Below, piece after piece: positions 14,094 to 25,239 of a stretch of 45,716 nucleotides of DNA (position 1 is its first letter; every line of letters starts with the position of its first letter). The notes beneath the pieces were generated by a model that saw only the letters and a program-made list of their open reading frames with translations, made no database searches and was not told the DNA's origin. The stretch comes from Reclinomonas americana ATCC 50394 (lineage: Eukaryota): the NCBI GenBank assembly GCA_048213135.1, contig PS015032.1:35838-81553 (forward strand), in the 5' to 3' direction. The position numbers and the translations under genes are program-made.

Positions 14094-17000
14094 TCACACA
14101 ACTCCAGTCTTGTCTTGCAGGTAGCGCAAGTGACGGTTGGCACGAGTGCACGGCGGTGCGTCGACTCCCGGCTGGCCACAGCAGGACCACTACGGCGTGC
14201 AGAATTCAGCAGAGTGCGCCACACGTGAGCGTGACAGCGACGGGCATTACTTACAAACTGCGCACAATACACACAAGGCATCGTTAGCATCAAGACGGTG
14301 CACAACGAACAAGGAAGACGACACGCAACATTCTATGATGCGGACGCAATGGGGCAGGATTAAAGAGAAGGGAGATGAGCTTTGGTAGGTGAGGGAAACA
14401 ACGGGCCGGTGAGTGCGTACCGTCTGCATCAGAGAGCAACATGTGAGAAACAACAATCATAGTGAGTGCAAGAAGCGGATCGTGATGATGCACTCACATA
14501 CTGCGCGGTGTCGCAAGCAGAATGGGAGGGAAGTAGCGATGGTGAGACATGCAGTTGGAGAAGCGGTGCGACATGAGGGCAGAGCAACTCACTCCCGTCT
14601 GCATACGGAGGGGTCATCAGAGAGGAAGAGTGAACAGAGTGGAGCAATCATCGTTGAACACACCAGCTGATTCCAGAAGCCAAGGAGCACGGGAGACGAA
14701 CAATGAGTACAAAAGCGAACTACACAGCAATAAAGACGACAAGAGACAAATGCAGGCATCGAAACCGACCGTCTGCAAAGAGAAGTGTGAGCAATACGAT
14801 GAGCAGCGAGAAACAGCATTCGTCACCAACAAGACGCACATACTGCAGAAACAATGACACAGTGAGCAAAATAACACAACACACGCGGTCAGGAGTGCAC
14901 TCACATTCTACAGGCGCGGCGAGGTGGATCGTCGACACAAAACAGTGAGTTGCCTGCATGTTCACGATTCAATCGACAAGCAGACACACAAACGCACCCC
15001 CTGCAGCTGAAAATCAGCATGCAGAACAACAAAGCAATGACAGCAATGGGACGGGACGCACAAACTGAGAGGATAAGTCGAGCCGCGCACGGAAACTGTG
15101 AGAAAGACAACCGACGTGAAGGAAACGACACTCCACGCTCACCTCCTGCAAAGAGAAACAGTGAGTCATCATCACGAGCACAGTAATCAACAGAAACACT
15201 CCTGCCACGCACTCCCGGATGCCAGTAGCAGTTCGCAGTGTCCACATTGAACGACGACTTGCCGCACCGCTGGCACGTCCATGCCTCGTATTTCAGCGCG
15301 TGCTCCACCAGCGCTTTCCGCTGCGGCGGCCAAGAAATCGAATGAGTCCTTGAAACCAGCATTAGAATTCTTGTAATAGACACACACCTCGGCTTCCTCA
15401 CGCTGTCGCTTCTCCTCCTCTCGTCGACGGTACTCTTCGAGGAGAGCTTCTTGCCGTCTCCGCTGCACCACGAGGCTCTTCAATACACAAAGATCAATGG
15501 AAAAAGTAAACATCGCCCCCGCACCTCATCCTCTTCAGCCCGGCGTCTCCTCTCCTCCTCGGCGTCGCGCTGCGCCTGCTCTTGCAGCTGGCGATGTCGC
15601 GCACGGATGGCTTCGTTGCGCGCTCGCTCCAGTGCATGGCGCTGCTCTTGCAGTCGTTGAATCTCGAGTTGCTGTGTGTGTGCGCATAAACAGTCAGCAG
15701 CACGCTACCTTGTCGCCGCCAGTGCCGCGCAATACAACTCACACGTCTCATGGCATCCTCGCGCTCCACCTGCTCGATAGTCGTGGACACCTCATCCTCC
15801 AGCCGCTTGTTCTCGGCCTCCAAGCGATCGGCCTGCGACCACTCGCGTTACTCACCACCATGCGCACAACAATCTCAGTCTTTCTCTTGCTATGCTCCAT
15901 GACCAACCTCGCTCTTGATCCAGTGCTCCGACTGCCGCTTCAACGCTTCCAAATTCAACTCCATCTTCTTCACCTTGTCGGCCATGCGTCCCTCGAGGTC
16001 CTGGATGGCGAATTCGGCCTGCAGTCTTGCTGTGCGCGCCTCCAGATCCTTTTGTCGCATGTGCATGGCCAGCGCCGTCTCCTATGCACGCACACGCGCG
16101 GTGAGCAGCGCTTCGATAGTCAGCGTGATAGAGTCACGCAACATCGTCCTCCAGCGACTGCAACTCGCTCTTGATGCGCGCCTCCTCCAGCACGAGTTTC
16201 CGACGGCGTTCACGCAACTCCAAGTCTCGCACGGTCTGCTGTCCGACCGCCTCGGGGCGCAAGTCAGTCCGACGATCCGAGTCGAGTTGGCGGAACTGGG
16301 TGTCGACGACGTGGGTGTCAGCGAAGGCGCAGAAGGGGAGGAACACGACGAACAACGCACAGCTTCCTCCAGCCGCACAAGCTCGTGATTGAGCCAGCGG
16401 CACTCCTCGTCCAGCCGATCGCGACGCTCACGCAGGTGGAGATTGCGCTGCATCTTGAGGCGCTCAGTGGTGGCCTCCACCAGCAACAATTCGGCGTTTC
16501 CCAGCAACTCCGAGCGCTGCGCAAGTGCAGTGCAATCAGCAGGGGTAGTGTTAAAGGGGCAGGGGAGGAGAGCGCACCTCTCGCTCCAGCGTCGACATGC
16601 ACTCGGCCTTCAGCCGCTCCACGTGGACTTCGCGATCGCGCAGTTCCTCCACGGTTTTCTCGGCCTGGTGCGAGAGGGAAGGGGGAGGGAATGAGAAGGA
16701 GGAGGAGGAGAAGGAAAGGAGGGAGAGGAGGAGGAGGAGGAGGAGGAGGAGGAGGAGGAGGAGGAGGAGGAGGAGGAAGAGAGAGAAGGAGAGAGAGGAG
16801 GAGAGAGAAGAGAAGAAGGAGAGAGGAAAGAGGGAAGAGGAAGAAGGAGAAGAAGGAGAAGAAGGAGGAGGAGGAGAAGAAGAAGATGAGGAGGAGGAGA
16901 AGAAGAAGAAGAAGAAGGAGGAGAAGAAGAAGAAGAAAAAGAAGAAAAGGAAGAAAAGAAGCAGCAACAGGAGACGATGATGAAGAGGAGGAGGAGGAGG

Positions 17001-17742
17001 AGAAGGAGGAGGACGAGAAGAAAGATGAGGAGAGGGAGGAGGAGGAGAAGAAGACAGACTGGAGAGACGAAGAAGAGAAAGAAGACTGGAAGAGAGGAAG
17101 AAGAAGAGAAACAACAAGAAACCAACAAGAAGAAGAAGAAGATAAAGAAGATGAATGCAGACGACGACGAGGAGTAAGAAAGAGAACAGCCAACACGAGA
17201 GAACAGCGTCAACAAAGAGGGGAAAAAAGGGAGCAGATTTCGATAGCACAGCAGAATCTTCTCTCTCAATCACCCACCTCCACACTGAGACGATCCATGG
17301 CTCCACGCAACCGGCGGAACTCGACATCAATCAGCTCCTGTCGATTCTTCACACTGACATCGACCGCCTGCCACCAAACACGCATGAAATCCCGACCAAA
17401 ACCTCACCAAAAAAAGGGAGAGTAGAAAAAAAACCCGACGCACCGCTTGCTCCAGCACAAGCTTATCCTCAACAGTGCGTTGCGTCTCGTGTTGCAGAAA
17501 CTTGCGCAATTCATACTCATGTCGCGCCTTTGTTTTCACAGGAAAAAGGCACCGGTTTAGTGAGAAAATCAGGGACCGCAAAATGCATTGCAAAACAAGC
17601 GATGAGTAGAGTGATAATAGTGTTTGTGACAGTGTGTAAGTGTGAGTGAGAGTGAGAGAGTGTGTTAGTGTGTGAGAGAGAGTCAGTGTTTGCAAAATAC
17701 CTCTTCATAGAGTGGCGTGTGCGGGAATTGATGCGAGGCCAT
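14094..17742 (-). CDS. Coiled-coil protein with C-terminal Cys/His zinc-finger (Btk/CHORD-like CxxC...CxxHPG...WSCC...C...H) assembled through micro-exons
   Basis: ATG at 17742 (MASHQFPHTPLYEE), followed by E/R/Q/L-rich heptad-like exons that are all phase 0. Exon 15320-15213 ends WTCQRCGKSSFNVDTANCYWHPG. Twelve micro-exons follow, then last exon 14189-14094 (WSCCGQPGVDAPPCTRANRHLRYLQDKTGVV-stop). Confidence 0.8.
14190..15212 (-). other. Array of 12 in-frame micro-exons (11 x 3 nt, 1 x 6 nt) separated by 13 canonical short introns
   Basis: Micro-exons in transcription order: 15145-15143 GAG, 15064-15062 TTT, 15000-14998 GGG, 14907-14905 AAT, 14842-14840 TAT, 14772-14770 ACG, 14666-14664 CTG, 14598-14593 ACGGGA, 14500-14498 TAT, 14423-14421 ACG, 14332-14330 AAT, 14257-14255 TTT. 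Each is flanked by YAG and a GT donor of the type used elsewhere in the window. Confidence 0.85.
16690..17160. repeat. Mixed (GAG)/(GAA) purine low-complexity tract, intronic
   Basis: Lies between two exons (about 17275 and 16664) of the minus-strand coiled-coil gene. Confidence 0.85.
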
Positions 17743-17869
17743 GTGCAGTGTTCGTCGTTTGTGTGTGCGTAGAGAGAGAGGGCTCTGAGTGCACGCAAAA
17801 TCGCGGAAGAACACACAGAGGACAGCGGGACTTGCTTTCTTGCGCGACGTTTCTTTTCGTTGCTCCACC
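17743..17869. promoter_or_regulatory. Putative compact bidirectional promoter
   Basis: Only 127 nt separate the divergent ATGs at 17742 (-) and 17870 (+). Promoter function is inferred from geometry; no motif was identified. Confidence 0.45.
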
Positions 17870-19557
17870 ATGAAGGAGAAGATCATTGAGCGGCGTCTCC
17901 CGTGCACGCCGGAGCAGTTGCTGCACACGTACATGTACGACACTGAGTTTAAGGTGAACGTCGCAACGAAAAGACACATGAGGAAAGGCTTGTCTCCTGC
18001 CTCACTGTGTGTGTGGCACACTCAGACTCGTTATCATGAGAGTCGAGGAGAGTATGACATTCAGATTGGCGAGTGGCAAGTGGTGGAACCCGAAGGTCGG
18101 TAACACACACGCACACACACACACACACACACACACTTGTTCACTGCGATGTCACAGGAGAGACGACTTGCACGTGGCGCAGAGACTTGAACTTCACCAA
18201 ACCTCTCAATGTTACGTGCTGTTCTCTCTCTGTGTGTGCGTCTGTATGTGTGTGCTCATTCAGAGCGTGTGCACACAGATGCCCAAGTTCATCATGAAGG
18301 TGCTTGTGAATGATTGATTGATTGCGTTTGCGAAAAGTTCTCACATGTTGTTGTTTTTTCGCAAACAAGATCCTCGGTCGCAGGTTTGCTTGTTGTCGTT
18401 GAGTGTATATGCATCGTGCTGACTGTGTGTGCCACAGCACCTCCACCATTCGCGAAACGTTGCGTCTATTCTTCCTTGTCGCGTTTCGTTATGATCTGTG
18501 CGACTCACTACTCTCTCTGCGCAGGCAACTCGTGGATCCTGAAGGTTGTGTGCTGTCTCTTCTCCTCTGTTCAATGTCTCTATTCTTACTGTGTTCGCAG
18601 GGCTGACGCGCGATCCGTCGACGGTGCTGCATGAGCACGTGATTCAGACGCGATACGATCCCGGCGTCATGTCCAAGTACTTTACCCTCGGCTCCCGGTG
18701 GACCATGCGGGATGTTGCGCTTGTGCACGAGCGGCCTTCTGCGTTTTGTCAGTGTTCTCAACTTGCGACAGGGGAGAGAATCACCCGAAGACCCGCCCTC
18801 CACCCTCTTGCGCGTGTGTGTGCGAGTAAGCTGCAGCATTTTCCTTGTCGGTGGACTCTTTGAGGTCAGTTGGCGCGAGGAAGACGAAGGGGAAAGGGGA
18901 TGCAGCGACAGAGAACCGAGAGCAACAGCGAGAGGGGGNNNNNNNNNNNNNNNNNNNNGAGCGACTGGAGAGGGGGAACGGAGAGCGACAGCGAGAGGGG
19001 GAACGGAGAGCGATAGCGAGAGGGGGAACCGAGAGCAACAGCGAGAGGGAATCCCGAGAGCAACAGCGAGAGGGGGAACCGAGAGCAACAGCGAGAGGGG
19101 GAACCGAGAGCGACAACGAGAGGGGGAACCGCGACTGCATCAGCGAGAGGGGAACTGAGAGCCACAGCGAGAGGGGGAACCGAGGGCGACAGCGAGAGGG
19201 GGAACCGAGAGCAACAGAGAGAGGGGGAACCGAGAGCGACAGCGAGGGGGAACCGAGAGCGTACGTATCGCGTTCCTATTGCCTCTCCTCTCTTCCCCTT
19301 TTCCTTCCCTTACCTTCCCCATTCCCACCCCCTTCCACCTCCACCCTCTGCAGTCCCACCTCGCCAAGATGAGCCGCCAGGGCTCCAACGAAATCATGGA
19401 CGCCTTCGAGGCGCACTTCACCGGCCGCGAGCAGGTGCATCGCACAGCCTCTGCCGACGGCGGCGTCGGCGCAGAAGACGACGAAGAGGTGGCCGACGAT
19501 GCCGTCGACGATACTGTCGTAGCGCAAGCGACAGCCGCGGCCTCCGGATCGCAATAA
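17870..19557 (+). CDS. Small VASt/StART-like lipid-transfer-fold protein, multi-exon with several 14-21 nt exons
   Basis: Spliced: MKEKIIERRLPCTPEQLLHTYMYDTEFK|TRYHESRGEYDIQIGEWQVVEPEG|ETTCTWRRDLNFTKPLN|MPKFIMK|ILGRS|TSTIRET|QLVDPEG|...SKYFTLGSRWTMRD|...LLRVCVRVSCSIFLVGGLFE|SHLAKMSRQGSNEIMDAF...stop 19557. The pattern resembles VASt (Lam/GRAMD1) domains; family assigned by eye. Confidence 0.65.
18905..19260. repeat. About 25-bp minisatellite (GAGAGCAACAGCGAGAGGGGGAACC), intronic
   Basis: More than ten imperfect tandem copies inside the last intron of the VASt-like gene. Confidence 0.9.
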
Positions 19558-19814
19558 TGAAGAAATGAAGAAGAAGAAGAAGAAGAAGAAGAAGAAGAAG
19601 AAGAAGAAGAAATGAGCGATATTCCGATCGATATCGGGACTTACAGAACGGCGCGCGTGAAGCGGATGCGAATCAAAGTAGCCAACAAGCTCCTTGTCTT
19701 CCTTGTCCACCCTCGGCACGACACGAAAGCCTTGTTGATCTATGCATGTCCTGCGCAACTGTGTCCGCGATCGTTCATTGTTGTCTGTCCGCCTGCGTGT
19801 CATCGTGTGTCGCG

Positions 19815-22800
19815 ATGGGCACTGTTGCCTCACAAGAGCGACTCACTGATGGAGTCGTGCGCCGGTTCACCACACGCGACGATGATTGTGTGATTGAGGT
19901 TCCGTTTCTCAACACATATACACACTCTTCTTGTTCTCTCACTCACACTCTTCCTCTCTCTATCTCTCGTGCAGATCCGACGCGGCTTCATACTCGAGTC
20001 CGGTGTCATGGGCATTGTGCACCCCACCACACCTCTCTTTGTGTGGAGTCACAGTTGCATGACTGTCCGCCTACCTCCTCAATCTCAGAGACTCACTCTC
20101 TCTCTCTCACACACACACACACAGACGCCATCTCTGACGCGATCGCCGACGCTGGTGGAGACGACCTGATCGACGCATGCGAGCTGCATGTCGACTCAGT
20201 CGGGCCTTTGCACCCGGGACAGGTGACAAGCAGCAGCAAAGGCGACAAACAGACTATTGCTGACACTCACTCTTCGTTGTTCACAGGTTCTCGTCACCAC
20301 TGCCGGCAATCTGCCGTTTGAGGCTGTGCTGCACACTGGTGAGAACAGGCCTCTGTCTATTCATGCACGAGCTGTGCTTCTCATTGACCAACGAACGGGC
20401 AGTGGTACCCGGGTTCGGAGAGTGTACGACCTCGGCGACGATTGGTCACGAGCTGAAGCAGTGCGTCGGTCGCGTGTTGTCGACGGCGGACGCGCATCGG
20501 CTGTCGTCGCTGGCCATGCCGCTGCTGATGATCCGCAGTGCGGCGGAGAAGGGTGCGGCGGTGGCGTCCATGGTGGCGTCGGCGTCGCCGGAGGAGTGTG
20601 CGCTGCGCATGGTGGAGGCTGTGGCGGAGTTTTTCCGATTCCGTGACGCTGCCACGGCGTGTTTGCGGCGAGTGTACTTGGTGTGCGACACGGAGCACGA
20701 TTGTCGGTGTATGAGCCGTGAGGTCTGCTGCTTCTGCTTGCCTTCTTCTGCCTCGTTTCTTGTTATTGATGGCGGCCGCACGCAGTTTGATCGCGTGGCG
20801 GCCACGCTGAGCACTGCCGAGACCGGTGAATCCGCCTCGCCCACTCCTGCACTGCAGCGGGCCCTGCGACGGTCTTCGTTTGTGCTTTCGCAGGTGCGTC
20901 AGATATTGTCGTGGTTTCTCACTTTTTCGCCACTCATGCATGTTGAATTGCCGTGCAGTCGGCACGAAGTGCGTGCGCCGAAATGCCGCCTGACATAGCG
21001 CGCAGCACTGCGATGGTACAGTCGGCGACGTTGGCAGTCGCGGCGGCAGCAGCAGTGGCTGCAGCAACAACGCAGCCGACGGCAGCGGCGCCCAGTGCAT
21101 CCGTCTTCGTAACCGCAGCAGCACCGGCACCAGCAACAGCAACACCGGCACCGGCACCAGCACCAGCACCAGCGGCAGAGCGCGAATGCGCTGTGCCCGT
21201 GGTCGCCGCCGTGCCGCAGATGCTGGTGGAGTGTTTTGGAGGCCGACAGTTGCATGCGGCTTTGCTTGGAATGTCCCTCTCCCACTCTCATACACTCACT
21301 ATCGCGCGCTCAGAATCGTGAGGCCCACGGGCACCGCCAAGCGAGTGTGGCGGGTGCAGGTGCAGGCCACTGCGACGGCGGCCGCGGGGAGACCATTGCT
21401 GGCGCTCTCCGTCGCCGATGTGGACATGATCGACTTCGGTCGTTTCCGAAGCGACTGCGCGTACTGGATCACTGCGACGCACCCAGAAGACGATGACCGA
21501 CGGTTGCTGTTTTGCTGGCTCGGCGCAGCACTACCGCGGGTGACGATCATCTTCTCCCCCTCTCTTTCCTCAGTCTCACTCTTCTTTACTGACCTCCGAT
21601 GCAATGCAGGATGCACGTGGTGCTGTCGTGTACACGGTTCCGTGGCTGGCTCGCTACCTCGAGGTGCAGCACGGTCTGTTCACGGAGATGGAAGAGGAAG
21701 AGTCAGAGTTGTTCATGACGTTTTTCCGGTCGTCATACTCTGTGGCGTATGCACCACCACCGCGTGCCGAGGTGGTGTTGCGCCCGCCGCCCGCGAGTGG
21801 CGTGTTCTCGTTGGACGAGCTCACCAACGGTGACATGTTCCCGCATCGCTTGTGGCAAGTCAAGGGCAGCAACTTTGCCAGTGTGCATCACATCCCCATG
21901 ATGGAGGCACTGGTGCACTCGGGCGATGTGTTTGTGCTGGAGGTGCCAGAAGCCGTGGTGGTGCGGTTCGGCGCCACGTGCAACAGAAGAGAGCGTGCGC
22001 GCGGTATTGAGTGGGCCCTGCTGCTGCACGAACGGCGACCACGCGTCAAGTACATGGCGTTTGGTGAGTGTGCAGAGGTCATGGTCGACGTCAATTCTGT
22101 TGTTGCTCATCAGTGCGCGGTGGGTGGGCGGGTGTGTGTAGACGAGGCCAGCGACGACTGCGAACCATTCATGAGTTTGCTGCGCAAGCACGCACCTTCA
22201 TGTCCACTGTACGCCCGCCGATCGACGGCTGCCTCTCCTGCGGCGGCTGCGGCGCGCGAACCCGATTCGTCGGCGGCGATGGAGGCACTGCACGAGTCGG
22301 CGGCTGCGGTCGTGGACGCGGTGCGGCACGACTTGGTGGTCTTGCAGTTGTACTGCGTCTCGTTTGACGACAATGGATTCCTGAGCATCGGTACACTGTG
22401 TCTCGTTCACGTGTGCGTGAGCGTCGACTGATTCTTGTTGGTGTTGTTGTTGTTGCTGTTGGTCACAGTCAATGTGTTTGAAGGACTGCCGTCACGGTTC
22501 ATTCTCGACTCCCGCTGTTGCTACGTGTTGGACATGTGCAGTGAGCTGTGGCTGTGGGTCGGCTCGGAGGCCACCGAAGAACTGCGTCGACGATCAATGG
22601 AATCGCTACGAGTTGCGACTGAGCGGTCGAATCCCATATTCCAGTCTCGTCCATCACTAACTGTGCATCGTTGTGCGTCTGCATCTTGCAGCTGTTCGGC
22701 TCGTTTTACGACTTGCATCAGTGCATGTCGACCTTTGTGGTGTTTGAGCGCGAAGAGCCGTCAATGTTCAAGGCCTTCTTCTGGGACTTTCCGCTCAACT

Positions 22801-25166
22801 TGTTCCATCGGGGACTGGATTTCGTGATCGACGGTCGTCGGTTCTCGTCGCCATTGGTGCGTCTGTGTGCGTAGTGGATGCACAGTCGCTGTTCCTCATC
22901 TCACTCTTTCGTCTTCTGCGATGCGCAGCCGCTGGCCGCTCTGGGTGAAGCACCTCCGCCAAAGGTGAGTCGTGCAGGCAATGCAAGAGCCATGATACAC
23001 CGCTGACAGTCTGCTTTGCGTAAACGTGCAGTGGTTGCCGGCGTCCGACCTTGTCTCAGCGCAGACCGCCGCCGCTTCCGGTGTCTCAGCTGCTGCGTCG
23101 CCTGTGACAGACTACGGAGCGCCCTCCGCCCTCCTCCTCAAGCGGCGACAGCGAGCCGCCTTTGTTCTCGTCAGTGGTTTGTGCGACTGTGTCCGGCGTA
23201 TGTGCCGCGTGCTGTGTGCAAGACACCAACCGCGTTGAGTGTGCAGCGCCGGAGCCCGACGAAGAAGACAAGCGGATGGTATTGTCGCCATTGTCGGCCA
23301 TCGAGTCGGCGCTGGCCAGGAAGCGTGCCAGTGTGGTCTCGTCGCCGCACATGCAGCGCATCGGGAGCGTGTATGTGAATCGCCGCCAGTCGGATCGTCT
23401 CCAAACCGTCAATGTCGAACAGATTCTCGACCGTGGCGACGACGCCGGTGTGGTGGAGACGGTGGAAACGCTGGAGGTAGACGACGGACAAGGAGCCGTG
23501 CAGGTTCTGCGCGCCACCACTAGCGTCACTGGCGAGCGATTTAAGAAAACTCGTGCTCATCACGTCTGGCGCAGATCTGGCGATTGGACGGTGCGACACT
23601 GTGCGCGGTGCCCGAGTCCAGCTTTGGCGTGTTCTACTCGGCCGAGATGTACCTCGTGCTGTACGTGTGGACCGAGGAGATGCAGATCGACACCTTCTCC
23701 ACCTCGATCATGCGCGAGAACCGACAGCGTACCAAGACACACGCCTTGCTGTACATTTGGGAGGGGAAGCACTGTGGCAAGGGTGCATGGTTGGCCTGGA
23801 AAATGGGCACCGAGACCACCGTGTCGGACCGCATTCGACAACAGACGGGCGCTCTGCCGCGCATGGTTTGAATGCGCGCCATTGCACCACCAACAAAGGT
23901 GCATGCGCTCACTCGTCCCTGTGTGCCACAGAAACGCATCCACCAATTCCAGGAGCCAACACATTTCCGACAGCTTTTCAACGGCGGCATCGTCATTCGA
24001 CGGGTACGTGATGCATGACGTGAAACGATGAACGGCTGTGCTCACTCGCGCACAGGGCAAGCTGTCCGTCCGCGAGGCCGAGTGCACGCTCGCCTCCTTG
24101 TATCACGTACGCGGAGAGACCATGGACAACACCATGGCCGTCGAGGTGGCACTGGTATGCCAACCGATGACCGTGCCTGCCAAGTGCCTCTTACTGATAC
24201 TCCTTGTGTGTGTGCGCGCGAGCAGAGAATCGACTCGCTGAACAGCAACGACTGCTTCGTGCTGCAGACGCCAGACTGTGTGTACGCGTGGCTCGGCGTG
24301 GGCTCGAACGACACGGAGCGTGAAGTGTGCCGCGACATTCTGCCCTTCTTCATGGACGTGAGTACCCCTCGTGTGCATGGTGCGCACTGTCCTTCGTCGC
24401 TGCGCTCACCGTAATTGTGAGCAGGAGGGCGCCGATCTGCCAACAACAGAGGTGGAGGAGGGCAGGGAACCGGCCAAGTTTTGGAGTGACTTTATCGAAC
24501 TCATGGGCATGGCCATGGAGCATCCTGTGAGCAGCCAGCGTCTTCTCTCTCTTTTCTCTCCACCGATGAACCTCACCGACAATCCTCTGTGTGCGTGCGC
24601 AGAATTCCGCCGCGCTGGTGGATGAGCTGCAAGCTGCCGGCACTGACAAGTCGCGCTTCTACGCCTCCTCCGAGCGCTTGCGCCGCAGAGATGCACCGGA
24701 GCCGCGGCTGTACTGGTGCAGCAATGCCACCGGCAGCATGCAGGTGCATGAGGTGCTGCACTTTTCGCAGAGCAGTCTGCGCTCGGAGGATGTGATGCTG
24801 TTGGACACGGTGTCGGAGATTTTCGTGTGGATCGGCAGCGGCGCAACACCGGAAGAGCGACGACTCTCCATCCAGGTGGCACATGCCTTGGTTCGTGCCT
24901 CTGGTCGACCTCAGCAGCTGCCCGTGCGTCTTGTGCAGGAGGGTCACGAGCCGTTGTTGTTCTCGTGCAATTTCATCGGCTGGGAGCGAAGCACCAGCGA
25001 AACGCCCGCGTGTGCGCCAGAGCCGCAGCGCAGGCGCGTGACGGGGCGAGTGGTGGAGGAGGAGGCGCCAATCATTGCCGCGTTTCCCCTGTCCCTCAAG
25101 GCGCGCGCGTGGCGGCACCTGGTGGAACAGTGTGCGCACGAGAGCGGCAAGCAGCAGCGTACGTAA
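19815..25166 (+). CDS. Macro domain + gelsolin/villin-like repeat protein with putative N-myristoylation signal
   Basis: Starts MGTVASQE. Macro-like segment: IEIRRGFILESGVMGIVHPT...AISDAIADAGGDDLIDAC...GQVLVTTAGNLPFEAVLHTVVPG...LSSLAMPLL. Gelsolin repeats: RLWQVKG...SGDVFVLE, LDSRCCYVLD...LWLWVG, DDGQGAVQIWRL...FYSAEMYLVLY, SLNSNDCFVL...YAWLG, PRLYWCSNATG...DVMLLDT...IFVWIG...EGHEP. Stop TAA ends at 25166. Confidence 0.85.
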
Positions 25167-25239
25167 GTAATAAATGAATGGCGTGGGTGAGAAAACGCGC
25201 AAACTATTCATGAGACACTGATTCGGGTGTGTCCGCTGC

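Noticed and set aside
15091-15095. Possible extra 5-nt micro-exon (cacag|TTTCC|gtgcgc, minus strand)
   Set aside because: It would shift the frame and leave a 26-nt intron, far below the roughly 60-nt minimum seen here.
14190-15212. CRISPR-like or tandem-repeat explanation for the roughly 80-nt periodicity
   Set aside because: There is no conserved repeat unit; the only recurring elements are splice donor, branch and acceptor signals.
19612-19893. ORF MSDIPIDIG... as the start of the macro-gelsolin gene, or a VASt-macro fusion
   Set aside because: The VASt frame stops at 19557, no convincing splice links this ORF in frame, and ATG 19815 (MGTVAS) is in frame with the macro exons.
25060-25166. 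Villin headpiece at the gelsolin protein C-terminus
   Set aside because: It lacks the LPxWKQ...KK..GLF signature.
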